The notes under the pieces were generated by a model. The model was not told the origin of the DNA, made no database searches, and was given only the letters and a program-made list of their open reading frames with translations. From an uncultured Verrucomicrobiae bacterium (GTDB lineage: Bacteria > Verrucomicrobiota > Verrucomicrobiia > Chthoniobacterales > Terrimicrobiaceae): a DNA stretch of 64,000 nt. Below, piece after piece: positions 52,410 to 64,000 of this stretch. The stretch lies in contig CAVPOC010000002.1 in assembly GCA_963706955.1 (NCBI GenBank), positions 128,001 to 192,000 on the forward strand, written 5' to 3'. Within the stretch, counting starts at the first letter, position 1, and every line of letters begins with the position of its first letter. Both the position numbers and the translations under genes were made by a program.

Positions 52410-52542
52410 CGGAGCAGATAATACAAAGGGGCAAAGTTTGGCGAGTGCCTTTCTGAGGCAAAGTTTGGCCACTATGATTCGCATCTCAGCTTCGTAAAGT
52501 TACTCTGATGTCTTCGCGTTCACCAGCGCGGTCACGTTAACG

Positions 52543-55089
52543 ATGAAGCCAAACAAACTCAATGGAGGCGAGCCGCTGCCGATCTATGATCTGGACGAGG
52601 AAATCGTTCGGGCGGTGCAAGGCCATGGGCGATTGATTTTGCGAGCACCGACAGGTTCCGGCAAGTCGACCCAGGTGCCACAAATCCTTTTGGATGGCGG
52701 CGCGCTCGGCATCGGGCGCTGCATAATTCTGCAACCGCGACGGCTGGCTACCCGAATGCTGGCCAAGCGCGTCGCCGAAGAGCGCGGCTGCGCGCTCGGG
52801 ACAGAGGTAGGCTATCAGATACGGCTCGATAATGTTTCCTCACCGGAAACACGGATTCTTTTCGTGACAGAAGGCATCCTGCTTCGGCAGATGCTGGTCA
52901 ATCCGCAACTGGATGGAGTCTCTGCGCTCATTTTCGACGAGTTTCACGAGCGTCACCTCTTCAGCGATATCAGCCTGGCCCGCGCTCTCGAGCTCCAGGA
53001 TACGACGCGCCCGGATGTCAAGATTGTCGTCATGTCGGCAACGCTGGAGAGCGCTCAGCTGGAGCGCTATATGGCTCCCGGTGAACTCCTATCCTCTGAG
53101 GGTCGAACTTACCCGGTGGAGATTGAGCACCTGCGCCACGATCCGCGAGACGATCCGCCTTGGGAACTCGCCGCCGACGCCATCGCCGAGAACTTCGATC
53201 AGACTGACGGCGACGTCCTCGTCTTTATGCCGGGCGCTTATGAAATCCAACGGACTATCAGGGAAATCAATCATCGTGTGCCCAGCGGCTGCGTTCTGTT
53301 GCCCCTGCATGGCGAGCTTCCTGCCTCCGAGCAAGACAAGGCGGTCGCGCGAAGCACCACCCGCAAGATCATCGTTTCGACGAATGTGGCAGAAACTTCC
53401 CTGACGATCGACGGGGTCACCATGGTCGTCGATTCGGGCCTGGCGCGCGTCGCCCGCTATGATCCCCATCGGGGCATCAACACCTTGCTCATTGAAAAGA
53501 TCAGCCGCGCATCGGCGGAACAACGTGCCGGCAGGGCGGGACGCACCGCGCCAGGGCTTTGCCTGCGACTGTGGACCCAGCGGGATCACGCCCTGCGAGC
53601 CGCATCAGAATTACCGGAGATACGACGCCTGGATCTGGCTGAAACTGTCCTCTCGCTCAGGGCAGCGGGAGTTCGCGATCTCGCCACCTTCCGGTGGATT
53701 GATCCTCCGGAGGAGAAATCGCTACGTCGGGCTGAACAACCTGCTGTGCGACCTCGGCGCTTTGGACAGCCATTCCGGTGCAAATCACCGCGCTCGGTCG
53801 CCGCATGCTGAGCTTCCCTGTTCATCCGCGCTATGCACGGATGTTTCTCGCGGCTGAGCATTTCAATTGCGTGCGCGCCGCCGCGCTCATCGCCTCCCTG
53901 ACACAATCACGCAATCTCTTGCTGAGAGCTGAGCGACGTGTCGAGGAGGAGCGTGCAGAAATCTTTGGTCAGGGGATCTCCGACTTTCTCATCCTCATCC
54001 GCGCATTCTCTTATGCACACCGTCACAAGTTTCGCATCGATGCGCTCCGACCGCTGGCCATCCATGCCGACGCTGCCAGGCAGGTGGACAAGCTTTTCCA
54101 GCAGTTTCTTGAGATCGCACGCGATGAAGGCCTCAAAACGGAAACCGAGGCGGCCAGTGACGAGGCCATCGCACGGTGTGTGCTCGCAGCATTCGCCGAC
54201 CAGGTTGCCCGCCGTCGCAGCGGAGGCACGCTGATCTGCGACGTCGTTCACGGCCGTCGAGGACAGTTGGCTCGCGCCAGCGTCGCGCAGAACAGTCGTC
54301 TAATCGTCGCAGCCGAGATCACGGAAATCGAAGGCCGCAGCGGGGAAGCCCAAGTGCTCTTCTCGTTGGCCACGGAAATTGAAGAGCACTGGCTGCGGGA
54401 AATGTTCCCAAACGATTTTGAAGAGCGCGTCGCCTACCATTTTGACAAGTCGCAGAATCGGGTGGTCGTGCGGCGGGAACGGGTCTTTCGCGACTTGGTT
54501 ATCGATTCGCAAGACCGCGATGCCGAATCTTCAGCTGAGGCATCGGCTTGTCTGGCAGCCGCCGTGGCCGCCGGAGACCTCACGCTCACCCAGTGGAACG
54601 ATGCAGTGGAACAATGGATTGCGCGTGTCAATTTTCTGGCTGCAGCTCTTCCCGAGGAGGGAATCCCACCGATTGGCTCAGCCGAGCGCGAATACCTGAT
54701 CCAGCTCGCCTGCGAGGGAGCCACCAACTATCGCGACATCAAAGATCGCCCAATTCTAAGCGTCGCGCGGTCCCTGCTTTCGCCCGCTCACCAGCAGCTC
54801 GTTGATCAGCACGCGCCCGAACGTCATTGAGCTGCCGGGAGGCCGCCGCGCGAAGATCACCTACCCGGCAGATGGTCAACCGTTTGTAGGTGCCCGTATC
54901 CAGGACCTCTATGGCGTCACCGGCGACCTCAAGATCGCAGCAGGACGGGTGAAATTGCCCATCCATGTCCTTGCTCCAAATTTTCGGCCCGTTCAAGTTA
55001 CGGAAAACTTGCGTTCATTTTGGCTCGAAGTTTACCCAAAGCTAAAGCAGCAGCTGCAGCGGCAGTATCCCAAGCACGAATGGCGGTGA
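52543..55089 (+). CDS. hrpB: ATP-dependent helicase HrpB, frameshifted (~53738, ~53780, ~54825)
   Basis: APTGSGKST, QPRRLA, DEFHER, TNVAETSLTI, QRAGRAGR and C-terminal LAPNFRPVQVT...YPKHEW. Confidence 0.92.
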
Positions 55090-55308
55090 GCCGCGCTGGA
55101 GCGCTCCGCCAAAGAGCCCAGGGCATCCGATCGACGGCGGGCCGCCTCCGCTACACCAAACGCGCTCTAGTCGATTCTGCAAACGATGGTCTGCTCGAAA
55201 GCTCCATCAAGGAGCGCGATAAGAGGCTTTGAATGGATCCGTTCCCGCAGATCGTAGAAGGATTCGCGCAGGTTCCATGGACAGGCCAGTAGCGCTGCCG
55301 AATACCAG

Positions 55309-55650
55309 TCATGGAAACTTCTCAGAAGCTTCGGTGAGACGAAGACTTGCCAAGGTCGCTTTCAACTGGGAATGCCGCCTCTCGACGTAGTCGAGAAGTA
55401 GCTCCACGGCTTTGCGACGCGCATTTCTCTCCACCAGCGGCAGAATACCTTTGAGGTCATACGCCCCGGCAAAGGAATACATGAAAGAACGAACTTCGAA
55501 CCCCGGTTGGTCCTTGCAGATCGTGAAGAGAAGGATATCCGTTTGGACCTGTTTTTCTGCCTCGAGCGGGTTTAAGGCAATCACCAGCCGGGGTTCGAAA
55601 TGGAGAATGTCCCTGTCGGGCGCGAGCACAGAAATAAGCTGATCATTCAT
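55309..55650 (-). CDS. Hypothetical protein
   Basis: ORF from ATG 55650 (MNDQLISVL...) with protein-like composition; no family recognised. Confidence 0.45.
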   Translation of the reverse strand: MNDQLISVLAPDRDILHFEPRLVIALNPLEAEKQVQTDILLFTICKDQPGFEVRSFMYSFAGAYDLKGILPLVERNARRKAVELLLDYVERRHSQLKATLASLRLTEASEKFP

Positions 55651-55860
55651 ATCCGGCGGCAGTGAACTCCTCGAACCAAGCCGATGCCAGCAAATAAATA
55701 TCTGAACGCTGATCAGCTGTCCGGTTATCGTGAAACGCTCGTGGTCACGCGAGCCAGTCGCGCGGGATTTGCGCTGCCCCGCGCATCTGTTCATTGCTGC
55801 CTGTCTACAATCGTAAGCGGCGCGCACGCGGGGGTTCACGGCTCTCGGAAAATCGTGTAA

Positions 55861-58316
<2,456 letters not shown>

Positions 58317-58486
58317 GGCAGTCTTTGGATCGTCGTTTGCCCGGAGGCGCGTGCGCTATCTAGCTGAGATTCAGCAGCCCGGCAAGAGATAGGATGCTCG
58401 GCGGGAAGAATTCCATCGGCAGAAATTCACTCATCAACATGTCAAAAACCTGATTGGTTTAGAAGCAAACCCGCAGGTAGGAGAAG

Positions 58487-58954
58487 ATGCACAAGGGACG
58501 AATCGCCAACACTATTCACCAAGCGGTGATCCGGACGGCCAGGGTCTCGGACGCGTCGCAGATCGGCCCCCTGCTCCATGAACTGGGATATCCGGTGTCG
58601 GCTGACTTTGTGCACCAGCAGTTGAGCGCACTTCTAAATGATCCAAACGAAGACCTTCTCGTTGCCGAGGCGGACGATTCGAGGGTGATCGCGTTCCTTG
58701 CGATACACTACGTCCCACAGATAGCCGTAGAGGGAGGGTTCGCTCGGATAAGTTATCTTTGCGTAAACAAGGAGATGCAATCGAGGGGGCTCGGGACATT
58801 GCTGGAGCGCGAGGCCTGCCGTCTCGCCGCAGAACGAGGGTGCGACCGTATCGAATTACATTGCCACGCTCGGAGAACCGACGCCCACGGTTTTTACGCG
58901 CGTCAGGGCTACGCCGAATCCCCCAAGTATTTCATCAAGAGACTTCGCGACTAA
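58487..58954 (+). CDS. GNAT family N-acetyltransferase
   Basis: LLHELGYP, QSRGLGTLL and AHGFYARQGY. Confidence 0.88.
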   Translation: MHKGRIANTIHQAVIRTARVSDASQIGPLLHELGYPVSADFVHQQLSALLNDPNEDLLVAEADDSRVIAFLAIHYVPQIAVEGGFARISYLCVNKEMQSRGLGTLLEREACRLAAERGCDRIELHCHARRTDAHGFYARQGYAESPKYFIKRLRD

Positions 58955-58963
58955 ACTCGTGAT

Positions 58964-59023
58964 TGTCGCGACCGTCTTCCGGCGGTCGACAGCTCTTTTG
59001 CCGGTGTGGACACCGGCGCTACA
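58964..59023. repeat. Degenerate GTAG-type REP doublet between convergent genes
   Basis: TGTCGCGACCGTCTTCCGGCGGTCG ... GCCGGTGTGGACACCGGCGCTACA. Confidence 0.65.
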
Positions 59024-59062
59024 GTGACCACGAAGCCTTTTCGAATGATTCGCGGAAGTTGC

Positions 59063-59611
59063 CTACGCCAACGGATAAATAGGTTGGCCACGCTCGTCGA
59101 CCGATGCCCATCGGTCCAGCAACGCCCTACATTCCGCCATGACGCGATCCAGTTCTTGCGCGTCGCAAAACGCCTGCGGTGGAAGCTCCATGGTCTCCAT
59201 GTTTGGAAACAACTCGACGAAGTTTCCGTCAGGGTCGTCGAAGCCAACGATGACAAGGCCGGGGCCGCGTGGTTCGTAACGAGCGGCAATCCCGCGCAAG
59301 GTCAGCCCTTCGAAGATCTCTTCCTTCGCCAAGTCGACGCGGAACGCGACATGATTCTGCATCGGCGGCACACCAACAGGAATTCTGCGCACCGAAGCTG
59401 TGGCTCCATCCCATTGGATATCCAGGGGCCAGAATTCCAAGATCCCGCGATATACAGACTCAGGACTGGCAATCTTGACCATGACAACCCCGAGCCCTGT
59501 CAGCACCGGGTGAATAAAGAACCCGGCCTCGAAGAGGTCGGCGTAAAACTTCCCTATCCGCACGGGATCCGGTGACCGCAAGGAACAATGAAGAAAGCCG
59601 GACGCTTTCAT
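59063..59611 (-). CDS. VOC (glyoxalase-like) family protein
   Basis: HCSL....P....KFY..LF, HVAF and DPDGNFVEL. Confidence 0.75.
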   Translation of the reverse strand: MKASGFLHCSLRSPDPVRIGKFYADLFEAGFFIHPVLTGLGVVMVKIASPESVYRGILEFWPLDIQWDGATASVRRIPVGVPPMQNHVAFRVDLAKEEIFEGLTLRGIAARYEPRGPGLVIVGFDDPDGNFVELFPNMETMELPPQAFCDAQELDRVMAECRALLDRWASVDERGQPIYPLA

Positions 59612-61686
59612 GGCAAGACTTGCGGCGCCTGACAGGAAAAGTCTTCGCAAAGATAAAGCGCGGCTCGCCCTTTGAGCGGCTTCATGCTTGCCAGTTCAGG
59701 GACTCGTTCCAGAAGAAAAGAATTGCCATCTGTCAGGAGCAGCACTCGGCGCGGCGAAAATTCTCGATGTAATTTGGCGTTCCATTCTCGGACATCTGCA
59801 GACTCCGGTGCTCCCGCGACCACCGCCTGCGCCGGCGGAGACAATGCCAGATCGAGAGCAGTCAGCATTTGCGGCACCGCGGTGGGCATCCGTGTGAGAG
59901 CTTCGCGACTCGAACCCAAGATGGCGCTGGCGCGGGCTTCAAACGATTCGTCATGAAGCATGCGGCCGAAACGGAGGAGGTTCAGAGCGCTAATGGAATT
60001 GGCGGAGGGTTCGGCGCCATCATAATCCTCCTTCATCCGCACGCTGATCAAGGGATCTCCAGCAGCGCTGCCAAAATAGCTTCCACTCGCTTCATCCCGG
60101 AACAGCCGATCTTGTCGCTCCTGAAGTTCCAGCGCCCATTCCAACCAATTTGCTTCCCACCCGGCTTCGTAAAGATCGAGCAGGCCTTGAATGAGGAACG
60201 CATAGTCTTCGGCAAAAGCGGGGATCGCGCTTGCCTCACCACGCCAGCTACGCAGAAGTCCCTTCTCTGAAGAAAGCTGCTTCCGCAAAAATCCAGCGCT
60301 CTTGGCAGCAGCTCCGAGATAACGAGGCTCGTTCAAGGCCGCACCGCATTTGGCAAAAGCCGAAATCGCCAAACCGTTCCATGCCGTGAGGACCTTATCA
60401 TCCAGATGCGGGCGTGGACGCTGCGCGCGCCGATCGAAAAGTTTTCTCCGCCCAGCCGCGAGCGTCTCGGAGACCGTTTCGACCGGGAGATTCAAAATCC
60501 GCGCCGTGGTGGCGACCTCCTGTCTCTCAATAAGGATATTTTTCCCCCTGAACTCGCCGTGCGGATCGCTCCCCGCCGGCGCATTTCCGTTTTCTTCCAC
60601 GGCGTAGTGGCGGCAGAAAATCCGTGCATCTTCTGCACCGAGCACTTCAAAGATTTCCTGTCGGCTCCAGACGTAATACGCCCCCTCGGCATGGTCCGGT
60701 CGGCCATGGGCAAGCAAACTGTCAGCGTCTTCTGCCGAAAAAAACCCGCCCTCGGCGTGCGTCATGTCCCTCAACACATAGTCGAGCACCTCCCGGGCAA
60801 CGCTGGCGAAAAATTCGTCGCCAGTGAGTTGCCATGCCTCGAGAAACGAGACCGCGAGCTGCGCTTGATCATAGAGCATCTTCTCGAAATGCGGCACATG
60901 CCAAAACTCATCGACCGAATAACGGTGAAATCCTCCACCAAGATGATCGCGCATGCCGCCAGCAGCCATTCTGCGCAGCGTGAGCAGCGCCATCTTGGCA
61001 GCGCGCTCTGATTTGTCTCCGGTTACCCGTGTCGCAAATCGAAACAGAAAATTGAAGACCGAAGGACGGGGGAATTTCGGGGCACCGCCAAAACCTCCGT
61101 AATCTTCGTCGAAACTTCGCGAAAAATCCTCGAATCCCCGCACGAGCGGGCTGTCGTCCTCGCGAAACTCCGCGCCGTCCGCGCCTTTGCCAGCTTCCGC
61201 AAGCGCGGCGATTACTCGAGACGCCTCAGTTTCGATCCTCTCACGATCCTGCTGCCAAAGCCGGGCAATTTGGGTGAGAATGCTGGGAAATCCAGCGCGT
61301 CCGTAGCGGTTGTCTGGCGGAAAATAGGTGCCACCATAGAAGGGGCGCCCATCCTGGGTGAGCCAAACGCTCATCGGCCATCCGCCTGAGCCTGTGGTTG
61401 CCTGCACAAAGGCCATGTAGAGTCGGTCAACATCGGGTCGTTCCTCACGATCCACCTTGATGTTGACGAAATTGTCGTTCATCAGCTTGGCGATACCCGG
61501 ATTTTCGAACGACTCATGCGCCATCACATGGCACCAATGGCAGGTGGAATACCCCACCGAGAGGAACACTGGTTTGTTGAGTCTTTTCGCTTCCGAGAAA
61601 GCCTCCTCAGACCAAGGCCACCACTCCACCGGATTAGCCCTGTGTTGAAGAAGGTAGGGTGATTTTTCCTCGGCCAGACGGTTCAT
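59608..61686 (-). CDS. Thioredoxin domain-containing protein, YyaL/SSP411 family
   Basis: [46 protein letters not shown] and [10 protein letters not shown]. Confidence 0.93.
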   Translation of the reverse strand: MNRLAEEKSPYLLQHRANPVEWWPWSEEAFSEAKRLNKPVFLSVGYSTCHWCHVMAHESFENPGIAKLMNDNFVNIKVDREERPDVDRLYMAFVQATTGSGGWPMSVWLTQDGRPFYGGTYFPPDNRYGRAGFPSILTQIARLWQQDRERIETEASRVIAALAEAGKGADGAEFREDDSPLVRGFEDFSRSFDEDYGGFGGAPKFPRPSVFNFLFRFATRVTGDKSERAAKMALLTLRRMAAGGMRDHLGGGFHRYSVDEFWHVPHFEKMLYDQAQLAVSFLEAWQLTGDEFFASVAREVLDYVLRDMTHAEGGFFSAEDADSLLAHGRPDHAEGAYYVWSRQEIFEVLGAEDARIFCRHYAVEENGNAPAGSDPHGEFRGKNILIERQEVATTARILNLPVETVSETLAAGRRKLFDRRAQRPRPHLDDKVLTAWNGLAISAFAKCGAALNEPRYLGAAAKSAGFLRKQLSSEKGLLRSWRGEASAIPAFAEDYAFLIQGLLDLYEAGWEANWLEWALELQERQDRLFRDEASGSYFGSAAGDPLISVRMKEDYDGAEPSANSISALNLLRFGRMLHDESFEARASAILGSSREALTRMPTAVPQMLTALDLALSPPAQAVVAGAPESADVREWNAKLHREFSPRRVLLLTDGNSFLLERVPELASMKPLKGRAALYLCEDFSCQAPQVLP

Positions 61687-61742
61687 CGAGAGAGCCTACT
61701 TCAAGACCGAAGGCCTGGTAGCGGTAATCCAAAAAAACTCGT

Positions 61743-63023
61743 CTAGCCCTTCAGCGTTCTCGCTGTCAGGCGCTCATCTTCGGCGACGAGCTGCTGCCAG
61801 AGTTTCTTATATTTCGGTTCAAAGCGCTGGTCCTGAAAGTCAGCCATGCGTTCACGCAGTTCGACGATTCCCGCGATGCCGGGCTGAAGTTCCTGCCAGC
61901 ACTCCCGAAGGATCCGCAGCGCTCCCGCTTCCCTATCCCAGAGGAGCGCATAGGAATCGATGAATTCCGCCGCATAGTTGGGTTCGGCCCGTTCATTTGG
62001 GTGCCAGAGGCCACGAGTGGGCTCCGCGGATTCAAGCAACATGGGGGCAATGTAAATGTTGCCGAGGATGGCTTCGCGGTACTTTTGACGTGCGCCGGTC
62101 TCATCGCCCTGGAGTGTCAAACAAAGGGCCCAGCCGAAAAGGAACGACGGCTCGGCAAAATCCTGCGGATAATCGCGCGCGTAGCGTTCGAAATGCAGTC
62201 CGGCGGCTTCAGTATTCTCATCGAGCAGATGGAGCAAGGGGATAAAGAAGCGAACCCCCTGGTTGTCTCGAGGGTTCAAGGAGAGGAGATCCTCAAATTG
62301 CGCGGCAGATTCACCATGCTGGTTCTGGTGCCAAAGCGTCATCCCTCGGCCATACATGGCACGCAGCAGAAGTCGGGTCTCGCGGTTTGTCCACCATTCA
62401 GGATCTCGGTCGCGCCACCGCGGAGTTTCCCGGGCAATTACCTCATCGTAAGCAGCCAGGCAAACCTTCCAGTTACCGTGCTGGAATTCTACGTCGGCCA
62501 ACTCGATGCGGGCCGACGAGCAATCCGCGTCCCGCGCCAGAGCCGAACGCAGCAGAGCGATCTTCTTGCGCGGCGATCGAATACGCAAGGCGGTGTTGAC
62601 AAGCCCGCGAGCGACCTCTTTCGACTGGGGAGCAGAGTCTTCATCTCGGGCGAAGCGCAGAACGACCGTCCGGGCCAAGGCACGCAACTCGTCGGCGCCG
62701 CCACGATTGAAGCGCTGAAAGCGGATCTCAACGCGATGCTCCTGGGAAAATTGCTTCCAGGCATCGTTATCCCACTCGTCGCTCGCACAGATGGCCAGTC
62801 GGTCCGGCACGCCCAAGCGGTCGAAAAGTTTGACGAGAAGGGTTTCGACGCGCACCTGGTCCAGTTCTTCGAGAATGTCGGGCGCGGCCAGCGGCGCCCC
62901 CGCTGGATCGCAGACAATCAGAAGAGTTGGAAGAAAGTAGTCGCTCCCTGCAGGCACCGGTTCCTCGAGATCCAACCAATAGACGAACCACGTCGTCTTC
63001 GACGATTTCAGCGGTTGAATCAT
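61743..63023 (-). CDS. TPR-containing protein
   Basis: TPR segments including LLSLNPRDNQGVRF; translationally coupled to the upstream nuclease gene. Confidence 0.75.
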   Translation of the reverse strand: MIQPLKSSKTTWFVYWLDLEEPVPAGSDYFLPTLLIVCDPAGAPLAAPDILEELDQVRVETLLVKLFDRLGVPDRLAICASDEWDNDAWKQFSQEHRVEIRFQRFNRGGADELRALARTVVLRFARDEDSAPQSKEVARGLVNTALRIRSPRKKIALLRSALARDADCSSARIELADVEFQHGNWKVCLAAYDEVIARETPRWRDRDPEWWTNRETRLLLRAMYGRGMTLWHQNQHGESAAQFEDLLSLNPRDNQGVRFFIPLLHLLDENTEAAGLHFERYARDYPQDFAEPSFLFGWALCLTLQGDETGARQKYREAILGNIYIAPMLLESAEPTRGLWHPNERAEPNYAAEFIDSYALLWDREAGALRILRECWQELQPGIAGIVELRERMADFQDQRFEPKYKKLWQQLVAEDERLTARTLKG

Positions 63024-63568
63024 CAGTTTCCGCGCTGCCAGTCGACCTCGAGGCGTTGCCGCCGACCGAACCGATCGGCGTAGAACAACTCCCGATGCCG
63101 GGCGCCGTGCTCATGGACAAGACGGGTAACCTTGACGTCGAAGCAGCAGTATTCGGCGATTTCCATTACCTTTCCTTCCCTCCACCAACGAATGGCGTCA
63201 AGTCCCTCACCGATTTTGCCGACGCCAAGGGTCCCCTGTGCCAGGTCGTCCAGCTTCAGACGATGACCGGAGGCCTTCTCCACATGCTCGAGGAGATCGA
63301 GAGTCTGCAAATAATGGGGAAGATCGAGAATGGTGTAGGCCATGAGCACCTGGTAGTCGAAATGCAGGATGTTGTAGCCGACCACGAGATCGGCTTTGCG
63401 CAAGCGGTTTACCAGGTCGCCGGCTCGGCTTTCAGGATAGATTGCGTAAGTGTCGTCAGCCGTGCTGTAGGTGACCCCCACCGACATCCCCATTTGATAC
63501 TTCTTGTCCCAGCCGCCCACGTCGTTCGCCGTGCGTTGGGTCTCCAAGTCAAAGTAAACAATGTCCAT
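63023..63568 (-). CDS. YprB-like RNase H-fold (DEDD) exonuclease domain protein
   Basis: FDLETQ, VGYNILHFD, TLDL and YCCFDV. Confidence 0.85.
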   Translation of the reverse strand: MDIVYFDLETQRTANDVGGWDKKYQMGMSVGVTYSTADDTYAIYPESRAGDLVNRLRKADLVVGYNILHFDYQVLMAYTILDLPHYLQTLDLLEHVEKASGHRLKLDDLAQGTLGVGKIGEGLDAIRWWREGKVMEIAEYCCFDVKVTRLVHEHGARHRELFYADRFGRRQRLEVDWQRGN

Positions 63569-63638
63569 CGACAGCGGGGAGAATGTGAAAAAATTGTCGG
63601 GGTTTCAACTCCGAGTGAGTCACCAGGCGAAAGAAATC

Positions 63639-64000
63639 TCATTTTTCGAGAAAATCCCAAATTCCCTCCCAGCCTGGGCTGAGCGGTTGAGCAACAAAGG
63701 CTTCACAGCGCACCCGATACAGCGCCGCGAGTTTCGGAGCAAGGCCGCCCTGCGCGAGTTGGTCAAAGGCAGCCTGCGCGAGAGCGAATTCGCCCGCGCG
63801 ATACTGGGCGCGGGCGGCGGCGAACGCTTCCGCCCACTCGAGATGCTCCTCCTTGTGGGGAAAAAACAGTCGCTCCGGTTTCTTGCGACCCTTCACACGC
63901 ACCACATCCACCTCAAGGAAGGGACAGATCTCGCGGGCTTTTCGGGCAATGCGTTCATCCACCAGGATGTCACACCCATAAATGCGGGTCAGGCCCTCAA
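63639..64000 (-). CDS. Adenylate/guanylate cyclase (class III), C-terminal part; runs off the window
   Basis: EGLTRIYGCDILVDE...VRVKGRKKP followed by a TPR-like helix and WEGIW. Confidence 0.75.
   Translation of the reverse strand, partial: EGLTRIYGCDILVDERIARKAREICPFLEVDVVRVKGRKKPERLFFPHKEEHLEWAEAFAAARAQYRAGEFALAQAAFDQLAQGGLAPKLAALYRVRCEAFVAQPLSPGWEGIWDFLEK

Overview
GC-rich bacterial chromosomal window. Gene content (double-length UvrA, very large TPR protein, SpmA-SpmB fusion, HrpB, REP families) suggests Verrucomicrobiota, probably Chthoniobacterales-like; this is inference only. Two housekeeping blocks flank an accessory region. The left block (1-22.1 kb) has a UDG-like gene, GH38, malQ, HU/IHF, uvrA, korAB, spmAB, an AEC transporter, purD and a GH63-like gene. 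The right block (34.5-64 kb) has rmuC, infA, a DEAD-box helicase, a desaturase, an M29 aminopeptidase, rarA, usp, tyrS, a TPR protein, hrpB, GH1, GNATs, a YyaL-like gene, a YprB-like nuclease and a cyclase fragment. The accessory region (~22.1-34.5 kb) holds an integrase-less integron cassette array with three attC-like sites and two small cassette genes that the ORF track does not recover intact. It also holds a 157-bp inverted-repeat element that truncates an attC and has a different tandem duplication at each end, a complete IS1182-family element inserted in a hairpin, and a 272-bp highly structured MITE inserted at CTAG inside a REP arm. At least three REP/REPIN families are spread across the window. 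Many long genes are broken by single-base indels, most likely sequencing or assembly errors. No rRNA, tRNA or CRISPR array was seen.
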